Notes under the pieces: generated by a model | Database searches by the model: none | What the model saw: the letters and a program-made list of their open reading frames with translations, nothing else | Told to the model about the DNA's origin: nothing | Position numbers and translations under genes: made by a program | From: a virus | Lineage: Duplodnaviria; Caudoviricetes | IMG/VR virus record: IMGVR_UViG_3300021373_003097 | Span: 1-58,056 of that record | DNA length: 58,056 nucleotides | Strand: one strand, 5' to 3' | In this document: positions 1 through 9,382 of the stretch, in pieces | How positions within the stretch are numbered: the first letter of the stretch is position 1 | Layout: every line of letters begins with the position of its first letter

Positions 1-1
1 T

Positions 2-334
2 CTACCCGAGACGACTGAGACATTAACCGCCGGAGGGATCAAGGATCTTGCAACTAAAGGTAGGGCATGTGTCTTTGAAGTCATGGACAGGAATGGTCTC
101 AATGCCATCGAGAAGACATTTGAGCTAGCTGTGTACTGGAAAGACAATCATCTATTCGATAATTTAATCATGAGCTACGACACTGTAGATCCAAACACAG
201 ATCTAAACGCTCAGATCGTAGTCACTATGCCGGAAGTCTCTGACACCTTTACTGGAAACTTCAGCCGAAACGTAAGCACTGAATTCAACTATAAGACTTT
301 AATCGATAATGCAATTGCAGAATGCGGCGTATAA
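2..334 (+). CDS. C-terminal part of a gene truncated by the window start; probable end of a gp5-like hub protein with a degenerate peptidase M15-like domain
   Basis: Frame is open from nt 2 (LPETTETLTAGGIKDLATKGRACVFEVM...). It lies directly upstream of gp25. LFDNLIMSYD resembles the FDQLILEY motif of phage M15A-like domains. Confidence 0.45.
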   Translation, partial: LPETTETLTAGGIKDLATKGRACVFEVMDRNGLNAIEKTFELAVYWKDNHLFDNLIMSYDTVDPNTDLNAQIVVTMPEVSDTFTGNFSRNVSTEFNYKTLIDNAIAECGV

Positions 335-337
335 ATA
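330..337 (+). promoter_or_regulatory. T4-type late promoter
   Basis: Exact TATAAATA upstream of gp25. Confidence 0.85.
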
Positions 338-361
338 AACTTAAAAACAAGGCAACTATTC

Positions 362-811
362 ATGGCAGTAAGAAGAAGCTTTTCGGTAGAAGACACTAAT
401 CTCAATAACACTTCGGTTATTGTTGCGTCTAGACCTGAAAACTACTCTGACATCGACTTGACTCTGGACACTAAACCTTCCGGAGACATCTTCAAGAAGA
501 CAGACGCTGCCTCAGTCAAGCAGTCTATTAAGAATATCCTGCTGACTAATCACGGTGAAAAGCCTTATGATTACTTTTTTGGAGCAAACTTAGCATCCTA
601 TCTGTTTGAACTCAATGATCCTAGTATCGTGAGAGAGATGGAAAAGGACATTAAGTTCGCTGTAGAGAACTATGAACCGAGAGCTGAGATTCTAGAGATC
701 CAAGTGATCAACAACATTGATGTAAATGATGTAAGAGTTGTTGTAAAGTTTAAAATTATTTCTACAGATGAGGTTGTTGTTCTTACGACTTCCCTTACAA
801 GGATCAAATAA
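362..811 (+). CDS. gp25: baseplate wedge subunit gp25
   Basis: YSDIDL...SVKQSIKNILLTNHGEKPY..FG...YEPRAEI motifs; precedes gp6. Confidence 0.93.
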   Translation: MAVRRSFSVEDTNLNNTSVIVASRPENYSDIDLTLDTKPSGDIFKKTDAASVKQSIKNILLTNHGEKPYDYFFGANLASYLFELNDPSIVREMEKDIKFAVENYEPRAEILEIQVINNIDVNDVRVVVKFKIISTDEVVVLTTSLTRIK

Positions 812-813
812 CA

Positions 814-2688
814 ATGGCACTACCAGCAAAGCAGACCATACATACTTCAAGCTTAGACTTTGATAACATCAAGGCGAGCATCAAGGAGTACTTAAACGGT
901 CAGACAGAGTTTCAAGATTACGACTTTGAAGGGTCTGGTCTCTCTGTACTACTTGATGTACTGGCCTTCAACACTCATCAGAACGCGCTGCTGGCCAACT
1001 TTGGATTGAATGAGTCTTTTCTGACAACTGCTCAGACACGATCAAGCATGATCAATCACGCCCTAAACTTAGGATACGTACCTAGATCTAAGTCTGGCGC
1101 AAAGGCTACGGTGAACCTCTCGGTCAATCTTGCAGGCGTGTCTCCTAAACCAGCAACCATCACTATTCCAGAATTTACTTCTTTCACATCCGTAGTTGAT
1201 GGTGTAACGTATACCTTCTACACTCTAGATGAGTACATCGGATATGACAGGACCGGCACAGGAATCTATACCTTTGAGGTCAAGTCCGGAGATAAGAACA
1301 TCGTTATCTCTGAAGGCCAACTTAAGACTAAGACGTTCAAGTGTAATGACGCTGCAGAGAGACAGGTGTATGTCATTCCTGACAAGAACTTAGACATCTC
1401 TACACTCAGCGTAACGGTGTTCGACTCCCCTACATCCGAAGAGTTCGAGATCTATGAGAGAAACAACGACATTAAAGAGTACAACGAAGATACCAAGCTG
1501 TTCTTACCGGTAGAGACATATAACGGGTTCTATGAGATCAGCTTTGGTGACGGACAAGCAACGGGACGAGCTCCAGTTCCAGGTAACGTTATCAAGGCAC
1601 AATACCTTGCATCTAACGGAGTCGCTGCTAATACTGCAAACGTGTTCAGCCCAACAGATCAGATTGAAATCAACTCTCAGTCCTACAACATTATCGTGAC
1701 TACAGTATCTAGAGCAGGTCTAGGTGCAGAGAAAGAATCAGTGGAGTCTATCAGGAACAACGCCCCGTTAAATCTTCTGACTTCATCCAGATTGGTTACT
1801 TCTGGAGATTATAGAACTATCATTCAGTCTCGTATTCCTGGAATCAAGTCTGTAAACGCCTGGGGTGGAGAGGATAATGTTCCGGCAAAGTACGGTAAGG
1901 TTCTCGTGTCTCTCATCTTTGAAGATGATGTTGATGCAACTCAGAAGGCTTTGATTCAAAACACTATTACTGAAGACATTACAGACAACCTTTCAATCAT
2001 CTCAGTTGGGATGGAGTTTGTGGACCCGACATTTACATACTTAAACACTATCACTGAAGTTAAGTATGACGAGTCCTTGACAAACCGAACTCCTCAAAGT
2101 ATTGAGAACTTAGTAAAGACTAATGTATCGACATTCTTTAATAATAACTTAGGTAAGTTTAATGATGTCTTTAGAAAGTCAAAGCTGACTACTTCTATTG
2201 ACAACACTGACAATGCTATCTTATCTTCAAACGTATCGATTGAGATGGAGTCAAGATTTAATCCTGTCATTAATCCTAATACTAATCAAATCGTTTCTTC
2301 GGATTACGAGATCTCATTTGTAAATCAGATCTCACAACCGACTTCTTCTGCTCCTGTAGTTAAGAGTGACTTCTTTACATTTAAGGGTGTACTCTGTAAT
2401 ATTCAGAACAAGCTTGGATCAACTAAGCTGCAGATCTTTGATCAAGAAGGCAAGATCCGACAGGACAATGTTGGCGAGTATGTACCTGATTCCGGTAAAG
2501 TGAAGCTCAAAGGCTTTACTCCAGTGTCTATCTCAAGTGGAAACTCTTTCTTAAAGATTAAAGCTACTCCAAAAAATGATTCTACTATCAAGCCTTTAAG
2601 AAACAACGTTGTTACTTTAGGTGAAAACTTAGTTACTGCAGTGGCTGATGTAGATGCTGCTAACTCTACAGTAGGTACAACTGACTAA
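814..2688 (+). CDS. gp6: baseplate wedge subunit gp6
   Basis: LDFDNIKASIKEYL..QTEFQDYDFEGSGLSVLLDVLAFNT, FGDG, RLVTSGDY and AWGGED motifs. Confidence 0.95.
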   Translation: MALPAKQTIHTSSLDFDNIKASIKEYLNGQTEFQDYDFEGSGLSVLLDVLAFNTHQNALLANFGLNESFLTTAQTRSSMINHALNLGYVPRSKSGAKATVNLSVNLAGVSPKPATITIPEFTSFTSVVDGVTYTFYTLDEYIGYDRTGTGIYTFEVKSGDKNIVISEGQLKTKTFKCNDAAERQVYVIPDKNLDISTLSVTVFDSPTSEEFEIYERNNDIKEYNEDTKLFLPVETYNGFYEISFGDGQATGRAPVPGNVIKAQYLASNGVAANTANVFSPTDQIEINSQSYNIIVTTVSRAGLGAEKESVESIRNNAPLNLLTSSRLVTSGDYRTIIQSRIPGIKSVNAWGGEDNVPAKYGKVLVSLIFEDDVDATQKALIQNTITEDITDNLSIISVGMEFVDPTFTYLNTITEVKYDESLTNRTPQSIENLVKTNVSTFFNNNLGKFNDVFRKSKLTTSIDNTDNAILSSNVSIEMESRFNPVINPNTNQIVSSDYEISFVNQISQPTSSAPVVKSDFFTFKGVLCNIQNKLGSTKLQIFDQEGKIRQDNVGEYVPDSGKVKLKGFTPVSISSGNSFLKIKATPKNDSTIKPLRNNVVTLGENLVTAVADVDAANSTVGTTD

Positions 2689-3749
2689 TGGCTGAAACAC
2701 TCGTTGATCTTGACCGCAATGACTTAATATATAATCAACCTATAGTTGATAATGTACTGCCTCAGTACTTTCAAGATCAGTATCCGCAGTTTGTCAGCCT
2801 TTTGGATAAGTACTACGACTGGCTAAGAACGTATACAGATTCCGACGGCAGGACTCCTATAGGAGAGCTTGAGGATATTGCATACCTTAAGGACAGAGAG
2901 ATCACTCCGGAAAGATTCTTAGACTTTATCTATGATGAGCTTACAGTTGGTTTGTCCTCAGATAACTTTACTCAGTCTAGATTCTTTGCTAAGTTCTTGC
3001 CATTCTTTTATAAGACAAGAGGAACTGCAGTATCTGCTGAAGGCTTCTTAAAGTTCTTAAATGGAGATGACATCGAGCTGTCTTATCCAAAAGATCAGAC
3101 CTTTGTTGTAGGTCAGTCTGAACTTGGCTCTGAATCTTTGAGGTTCATCCAAGATTCTTATTACTATCAGATCTACTCTATCCTAGTCAAGTCTCCAGTT
3201 CCTGTTTCCGAATGGAAAGATCTCTACAAGCAGTACATTCATCCTGCCGGTTGGGAGATATTCTCAGCCCTATTCATTGAAGGTATCGCTAGCAATGTAG
3301 GCATTGTAAATCCAATGCCGACTGCTGTAGAAGAAGCCGCACCTCTCATCGTATCTAGCTTGGCTGAATTTGATGTTCAAGCGATTGGATCTAGATCCAA
3401 CATCACTGCAGTTGATGCTACTATTCAGAAGCGTATGTATGTTGACGGTGAGTACAACTACTACACTGCACAGGAAGAAATTCTGTACGATTCACCGTAC
3501 AATCAGTACAATGATCTCAGTGAGCCTCTTGATCCTAACTCAAGACTGTTCAGCTCAACTGACGATCAGACTTACCTCAACTTTAACTTGGCCAACTCTG
3601 ATGGAACTCACACCATGGATGATTCCGACAGCGCCGGCGGATCGACTATCTTTACTCTTGATAGATTGAATGTCTTTAAGACTATCGACTTCTCCAACAC
3701 TATTGAGACATTCGATGAAGCCAAATTTGATTATTACAGTGACTCTTAA
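2688..3749 (+). CDS. gp7: baseplate wedge protein, gp7-like (short form)
   Basis: LPQYFQDQYPQFVSLLDKYYDWL, FYKTRGT and IQDSYYYQIYS...HPAGW motifs; follows gp6. Confidence 0.7.
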   Translation: MAETLVDLDRNDLIYNQPIVDNVLPQYFQDQYPQFVSLLDKYYDWLRTYTDSDGRTPIGELEDIAYLKDREITPERFLDFIYDELTVGLSSDNFTQSRFFAKFLPFFYKTRGTAVSAEGFLKFLNGDDIELSYPKDQTFVVGQSELGSESLRFIQDSYYYQIYSILVKSPVPVSEWKDLYKQYIHPAGWEIFSALFIEGIASNVGIVNPMPTAVEEAAPLIVSSLAEFDVQAIGSRSNITAVDATIQKRMYVDGEYNYYTAQEEILYDSPYNQYNDLSEPLDPNSRLFSSTDDQTYLNFNLANSDGTHTMDDSDSAGGSTIFTLDRLNVFKTIDFSNTIETFDEAKFDYYSDS

Positions 3750-3762
3750 CTCAACATGTTGT

Positions 3763-3770
3763 TATAAATA
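3763..3770 (+). promoter_or_regulatory. T4-type late promoter
   Basis: Exact TATAAATA in the intergenic gap. Confidence 0.85.
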
Positions 3771-3801
3771 ATTTAAACACTTATAAAAGGTCTCCTCTCA
3801 A

Positions 3802-5583
3802 ATGCCTTTAACATATTTAGATTCAGACTACATTCTTGATCGCGGTCTTATCGCCAACGATAACCTGGGTGATACTTTACGTGAGGCTGCCTTTAAGATC
3901 AATAACAACTTTGAAGATCTGGACTCTGCAATCAACCTAGTGGCAACCACTCCTTTAGGTACCACTTCAAAGTACTCGGTTGCCCTTAATCTTCTTGACT
4001 CTGTAGGTAGAGCCGGAACGCTCCTTACAGATCGTCTGGGTGTAGGTGATCCTGTCTACTACGATACTTCTTCCGGGCTATGGACGGGTGCATATGCAGA
4101 CTCCGAAAGATATGCAACTCACGTTATTGTAAGGTATCGCTCCATCGACAGTGATCAGATCTTTGAGATTGCAAGTACCGGCACGTTTGATCTGGACTCA
4201 GACAGCGCATCTCCTACTCTGACTGCAAACAGAGAGTATTACTTACCTGACTCTGCAGGTGGAGCTCCGTCCACTGTAAAGCCTCTGAGCGGTGATTATC
4301 AAGAGCTCTACTACGCTCTTGACTCCGACACCATCGATGTAAATATTGGCACTCATAGTGAGCGTAGAGTATACTTCGAGCAGGTACCTAGTATTTCTGG
4401 AGGGCAAACACTCCTTTCTGGATTAGATTCAGTGAATGTATCTGATCTTGACGTCTATAAGAACGGTATACTTCTTTCTAAGTCTCTTGACTATGTGGTC
4501 AACAGCGAGACTCAAATCACAATGATTACTTCTCTTGATGATTCAGATATTGTAAGAGTCAGATCAAATACCAGCGAAAGGGTGGCTTCTTCAGGTGGTG
4601 GAGGTGCAACTATCCTTTCTGATGGATCAGATATCGGCGTTTCATATGGAGTAGGCGGCCAGTCAGTTACACTTAGCTTTGACAGTGCAGCGTATGTTAA
4701 AGCTGGGGCAGCTGGTCAGCCAAATGGTGTTGCGCAGCTGAATGCTTCAAGTGTAGTTCCAGTAGCTCAGATTCCTAATCCAGTTCCAAATGCAACTAAT
4801 GCAACCTTTGCGACTAGCGCGACTAACGCTGACAGCGCCAATTTTGCGACGACTGCAGGAACAGCTACAAATGCTACTAACGCTACGAATGCCGACAGCG
4901 CGGGGCAGGCTACAAAGTGGACCATTGCTAGAACCATTACTTTCGGTGGAGACTTAACCGGAAGCTTCAGTATAGATGGTTCTCAAGATGTAACGGCCAG
5001 CGCGACAGTCTCTGGCAGCGGATCGGGTGGATTTGTATCTGGAACTAAGATGCTCTTCCAGCAGGCTGCCGCTCCGACCGGCTGGACTATTGACACTACT
5101 CATAACAACAAGGCACTGAGAATCGTAAATGGAACCGTGACTCCTAGCAGCGGAGGGTCAGTTGCCTTTACTACAGCATTTGCATCTTCTAGAACGGTGT
5201 CCGGATCTGTTGGTGGAACTTCCTTGACAGAGGCTCAACTGCCATCACATGACCACGGAGATGGAAATCTTTCAATCAGCAATCACTCCCATGATATGGA
5301 TGACGCATCGCAGGGTATCACTAACTTCAATGTGTCAGTCAACGCTAATACTATTGGAGTGAACACCACCTCTGGTCCTTTTACCGCACTCTCCGGCATT
5401 TCTTCCGTAAACGTCAATAGCGTAAGCAGGTTAGGGAACAGCATGAATACCGGTAACCAATCTGCGAATATCAGTGGTAATACAGGCAATGCTGGATCCG
5501 GAAACACCCACACTCACTCTTGGTCCGGTAGCGTCAACGTTGGTGTACAGTATGTAGATTTTATCATTTGCACTAAAACTTAA
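3802..5583 (+). CDS. baseplate-attached short tail fibre-like protein
   Basis: gp9/gp10-like N-terminus (ANDNLGDTLREAAFKINNNF), NAT/TNA repeats, collar-like MLFQQAAAPTGWT, and tip motifs LTEAQLPSHDH, NHSH, THTH. Confidence 0.75.
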   Translation: MPLTYLDSDYILDRGLIANDNLGDTLREAAFKINNNFEDLDSAINLVATTPLGTTSKYSVALNLLDSVGRAGTLLTDRLGVGDPVYYDTSSGLWTGAYADSERYATHVIVRYRSIDSDQIFEIASTGTFDLDSDSASPTLTANREYYLPDSAGGAPSTVKPLSGDYQELYYALDSDTIDVNIGTHSERRVYFEQVPSISGGQTLLSGLDSVNVSDLDVYKNGILLSKSLDYVVNSETQITMITSLDDSDIVRVRSNTSERVASSGGGGATILSDGSDIGVSYGVGGQSVTLSFDSAAYVKAGAAGQPNGVAQLNASSVVPVAQIPNPVPNATNATFATSATNADSANFATTAGTATNATNATNADSAGQATKWTIARTITFGGDLTGSFSIDGSQDVTASATVSGSGSGGFVSGTKMLFQQAAAPTGWTIDTTHNNKALRIVNGTVTPSSGGSVAFTTAFASSRTVSGSVGGTSLTEAQLPSHDHGDGNLSISNHSHDMDDASQGITNFNVSVNANTIGVNTTSGPFTALSGISSVNVNSVSRLGNSMNTGNQSANISGNTGNAGSGNTHTHSWSGSVNVGVQYVDFIICTKT

Positions 5584-5596
5584 CATGGAGAATTGA

Positions 5597-5911
5597 ATGA
5601 AGCACCAGCCAAAACAGAATTGCCCTTTGAATAAGTTTAAACCATGCAAGCAGTTTGATTGTGGATGGTACATTCAGGTAAGAGGAGTAGATCCGAACAC
5701 TGGACAAGAGGTTGATGATTGGGGATGTGCCATGCAGTGGCTCCCAGTCCTTATGATTGAGAATTCTAGTAGACAAAGAGAGACTGCAGCTTCAGTCCAG
5801 TCCTTTAGAAATGAAGTTGTAAGTATTAATGAAGCAAACGCACTTCTAGCGTTTCAAGAACAAAACAAGAAAGAGCAGCCACCTAAGCTGATCGATAGTA
5901 AAGAGGAATAG
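5597..5911 (+). CDS. Cys-rich hypothetical protein, possible fibre assembly factor
   Basis: RBS GGAG; CPL..PC...DC...WGC pattern; directly after the fibre gene. Confidence 0.6.
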   Translation: MKHQPKQNCPLNKFKPCKQFDCGWYIQVRGVDPNTGQEVDDWGCAMQWLPVLMIENSSRQRETAASVQSFRNEVVSINEANALLAFQEQNKKEQPPKLIDSKEE

Positions 5912-5916
5912 AACGG

Positions 5917-6102
5917 ATGTCAAGAGCTAATGATCTAGCATCACTTATTAAGAGCGGTACTGGGATTGATTCTGATGGAGTCGGCATTGGTGCTATCTCT
6001 GAGCAGAAGATTAAGAACGGCGCAGTAACAGCTCAGAAGCTGGCGCCGGGAGCGGCAGCAACTACAGGTAAAGCGATCGCTATGTCGATCGTATTTGGAT
6101 AA
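5917..6102 (+). CDS. small virion protein with hydrophobic C-terminal helix
   Basis: AVTAQKLA repeat-like segment; ends KAIAMSIVFG. Confidence 0.6.
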   Translation: MSRANDLASLIKSGTGIDSDGVGIGAISEQKIKNGAVTAQKLAPGAAATTGKAIAMSIVFG

Positions 6103-6118
6103 TTAAGGAGAGTAACCA

Positions 6119-6505
6119 ATGGCAGCGCCAAACATTGTCAACGTATCTAGTATCTACGGCAGCACTGTAGGGAAAAATATTAATAATACTGCAGACTCTG
6201 ACGTCACAGTCTTAGAAGGTCGTGCTAATAAAGTCTTAAAGGTGAACATTATTCGTGCAGCCAACGTTCATCCTACTGAGAACGACAGCCTGACGATTAA
6301 CTTTGTTGACTCTGCCTCCAACTCATTTTCTCTCGTGCAAGACATGGAGATTGCAATCCGTCAGGCTTTACCTGCGCTGGAAGGAAGCATCTATCTTTCT
6401 GAAAGTGATAAAATTACAATGAGAAGATTAAACAACGGTAACCTTGCATCTGACTCTGCAACTATTCACGGCATCATTTCATTTGAAGAGCTGGATGACG
6501 CATAA
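6119..6505 (+). CDS. small beta-rich virion adaptor protein
   Basis: RBS AAGGAG; begins MAAPNIVNV; resembles 21092..21442. Confidence 0.65.
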   Translation: MAAPNIVNVSSIYGSTVGKNINNTADSDVTVLEGRANKVLKVNIIRAANVHPTENDSLTINFVDSASNSFSLVQDMEIAIRQALPALEGSIYLSESDKITMRRLNNGNLASDSATIHGIISFEELDDA

Positions 6506-7527
6506 TGGGACGTAACTCTCAACTCAATGGGGGATTTAATTTAGGCTCTCCTATGGTCTACAACGAAGCTCTTAGAGAACCTAGTTTTGCTTCAGTCGGA
6601 ACAAGACACCGTAGATCTACGAGATTTCTTCCAGGAAAAGATTGGGCATACTACAATGGCCTGACTTCAGACACTACAGTCAATGCAAATAACGAATTGA
6701 CATTAACACCAGATCTTGGAGATTCTTTCGGAATCCACATGGCATATGATGGAAGTCGGTTTTTGATGTTAGATGAAAACACTGGAACCGACACTGTTAA
6801 AGTTTATGTGTTGTCAACTCCATACGATATTTCAACTGCAACTGAAGTTGTAGGTAACAGATTTACATCTTCTATAACTAACGGCTCGTGTTCTCTTTGG
6901 GCTAGCCCAGACGGAACGCGTCTTTCTATTTCAACAAATGATAACAGTACTGGCGCAGAAAGAATTCGGACATATACGACTACAACTCCTTGGGATTTTT
7001 CTACTGTAACTAATACTGGAGCGACGTCGCTGGGTAACATCAACACACATGGACATTCATGGACCAGCGATGGGAGATATGTTGTAGTTGCGGCAAACAC
7101 GGTAGGTAGTTACAATACTACTAGTAATGCTTTAATTCTATTTGGTCCTACTTCTACTCCATATGAGTTTGGTGCAACTACAGTGGCGACTTATCAAGAA
7201 GCAAGTATGCTTGCTTTAACCAACGCTAGCCCAGTAGGAAACGTCGCGACACCTGAAGGGGTGCACATTTCAGATGATGGAAGAAAAATTCTGACGCTTG
7301 ATAGTAGCGCAGGTCGTATTAATGAATTTACTATGTCTACTCCATTTGATCTTTCAACGCTGTCTGTCTCCGATTCAGCTTGGCTAGCGCGAAGTACAAC
7401 TTCCTCTTTATATATTGAAAGAGACATGTCTGTTAAGGCTGATGGAACAAGGATCTGGGTGAGTGGAAATTATCAAGATGTATATCATTATATTACTGGC
7501 GGGAGCCAGAATCAGCTCAAACCTTAA
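6505..7527 (+). CDS. beta-propeller-like virion or receptor-binding protein
   Basis: Repeated blades DG(S/T/R).. and LSTPYDISTA, TTPWDFST, STPFDLST. Confidence 0.65.
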   Translation: MGRNSQLNGGFNLGSPMVYNEALREPSFASVGTRHRRSTRFLPGKDWAYYNGLTSDTTVNANNELTLTPDLGDSFGIHMAYDGSRFLMLDENTGTDTVKVYVLSTPYDISTATEVVGNRFTSSITNGSCSLWASPDGTRLSISTNDNSTGAERIRTYTTTTPWDFSTVTNTGATSLGNINTHGHSWTSDGRYVVVAANTVGSYNTTSNALILFGPTSTPYEFGATTVATYQEASMLALTNASPVGNVATPEGVHISDDGRKILTLDSSAGRINEFTMSTPFDLSTLSVSDSAWLARSTTSSLYIERDMSVKADGTRIWVSGNYQDVYHYITGGSQNQLKP

Positions 7528-7533
7528 TAAATA
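7526..7533 (+). promoter_or_regulatory. late promoter variant
   Basis: AATAAATA (7/8 match) in the intergenic gap before the gp9-like gene. Confidence 0.5.
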
Positions 7534-7561
7534 AACAAAAGAATTATTAGAGTTAGGAAAC

Positions 7562-7996
7562 ATGGTTCGACAAATTATTTCAACAGGAACTACAGCAAAT
7601 GACGGAACCGGAGATGACTTAAGATCCGGAGGGATCAAGATCAATTCCAATTTCGAAGAGCTGTACACCTTTATGCCGGGTGGACTTGTTCAGAACATTA
7701 CCGGGGAAGCAGTAGTTTCTCTAGACTCTAGCACATTGTATCTGTTCAACATGGACAGCACTCCTGCCGGAAGCTTTACACTTTCAGATGGAAGCTCAGT
7801 GGGAGAGATTAAGAGAATCATCAATAAGTCTGACTCTGATGTAGATGTCTCTATTACAATCGGTTCAAGTGGACTGGCGTATCCTAAGTCCTCTACCGGT
7901 CTCACCATTACAAATAAGATCGCCTTTGATCTCATGTGGGATGGTACTGAATGGCACTTAGATAGAGACTCAGATTCAAGACTAACGATAACCTAA
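7562..7996 (+). CDS. baseplate fibre-connector protein with gp9-like N-terminus
   Basis: ISTGTTANDGTGDDLRSGGIKINSNFEELY, the gp9/gp10 N-terminal signature. Confidence 0.7.
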   Translation: MVRQIISTGTTANDGTGDDLRSGGIKINSNFEELYTFMPGGLVQNITGEAVVSLDSSTLYLFNMDSTPAGSFTLSDGSSVGEIKRIINKSDSDVDVSITIGSSGLAYPKSSTGLTITNKIAFDLMWDGTEWHLDRDSDSRLTIT

Positions 7997-8008
7997 CGGA
8001 TTAGATAG

Positions 8009-9373
8009 ATGACAGCAATCGCAACACCATCATTTAAAAAAGCAATCATCGAGAATCTGATAACTGATCTAGCAGATTCCGGAGAGACTTACTACTTGGC
8101 TATCGGTAAGTCTGATGCTTGGGATGAGAATGAAACTGTACCGACTACGGTTAATACTAGAGAAGAAGAGCGCAAGTTCAGGTCTAACATGCAGTCGATC
8201 AAGAAGATCTCTGACGGGACCTTCGCTGCAACAAGATACAACTGGTCTTCCGGTACAGTCTATAAAGCATACAGCGATGCAGTAACTCTAGCATCTCTCG
8301 GTGCATACTACGTATTCACTGAATCTCAAAGAGTCTATGTCTGCATGGAGCAGGGCAAAGATGATGCCGGTGTTACTCAGATCTCGTCTGTCAATCCAGA
8401 CACTGTAGGCACCGGTACAGATCCTGTAAGAGCCGCAGACAACTATGTATGGAAGTACCTCTTCTCTATCACTTCTGTAAACACCAACAAGTTCCTTTCG
8501 GCTAACTTCATTCCTGTGAGCTTGATTCTTACTGCCGGTAATCTTATTGAGACTGAGCAGCTGAATGTTCAAAACTCGGCTGCAGCAGGATCTATCATTG
8601 GATACCGAGTAGTTACACCGGGTACCGACTATCCAGATAGCTGCCAGCAAGTCTCTGTTGTAGGTAATGGCTCCGGAGCAGGGGTGACTATTAAGACTCT
8701 TAACGGCGCAGTGGTCAAGGCTACTATTGAAGACTCGACTGATGGCTCTCTCAAGATCGGCTCTGGGTATGACTTTGCTGATGTAGTTATCGGTGACTCC
8801 AACAATGGAGCCGCAGTCATCAGGCCAATCGTTTCTATTAAAGGTCTTGGTGCAGATCCAAGAGAGGATATTAATGCCAATCATATCATGTTCAACTCGC
8901 AGCCTTCAGGCAGCGAATCAGGAGACTTCCTGGTAGGTACAGGGGCTGACTTCCGCCAGGTTGGAATCTTAAGGAATCCAAAGAACTTCAATAATTCTGA
9001 CTTTACTGAAACGACTGGATCTACGTTGAGAAAGCTTCAGTTGAATCCTGCGTCTGTAACCGGAACGTTTCCTGTAGATGCAGTGATCAGAGGGCAGAGC
9101 TCAAGTGCAGCTGCTTATGTAGATAAGTATGATGCTGCAAATAACATCATTTATTTCCACCAGAATGAAGGTACTGGGTTTACTCAATTCTCTAACGGAG
9201 AGGCTATTGTAGACTCAGATAACTCAGCTTCTAACCAGGCAAACCTTTCAAGTGTGGATTCTGATGGTGAAGTCAATGCATTTAGCGGAGACGTTCTCTA
9301 CATTGAAAATAAGAGTCCTGTTTCTAGAGATGCGGCTCAGACAGAAGATATTAAGATAATCTTTAAGCTTTAA
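8009..9373 (+). CDS. gp8: baseplate wedge subunit gp8
   Basis: YYLAIGKSDAW, RYNWSSGTVY, YVWKYLF, FRQVGILRNP and SGDVLYIENKSPVSR...EDIKII motifs. Confidence 0.9.
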   Translation: MTAIATPSFKKAIIENLITDLADSGETYYLAIGKSDAWDENETVPTTVNTREEERKFRSNMQSIKKISDGTFAATRYNWSSGTVYKAYSDAVTLASLGAYYVFTESQRVYVCMEQGKDDAGVTQISSVNPDTVGTGTDPVRAADNYVWKYLFSITSVNTNKFLSANFIPVSLILTAGNLIETEQLNVQNSAAAGSIIGYRVVTPGTDYPDSCQQVSVVGNGSGAGVTIKTLNGAVVKATIEDSTDGSLKIGSGYDFADVVIGDSNNGAAVIRPIVSIKGLGADPREDINANHIMFNSQPSGSESGDFLVGTGADFRQVGILRNPKNFNNSDFTETTGSTLRKLQLNPASVTGTFPVDAVIRGQSSSAAAYVDKYDAANNIIYFHQNEGTGFTQFSNGEAIVDSDNSASNQANLSSVDSDGEVNAFSGDVLYIENKSPVSRDAAQTEDIKIIFKL

Positions 9374-9382
9374 GGTACTCAG

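Noticed and set aside
4789-4912. Short tandem repeats (NAT/TNA) as a possible CRISPR array or VNTR
   Set aside because: Degenerate coding tripeptide repeats typical of fibres; no identical repeats with unique spacers.
8288-8884. 198-aa minus-strand ORF and other short nested ORFs in the track
   Set aside because: Nested within well-supported + strand structural genes, with no independent evidence.
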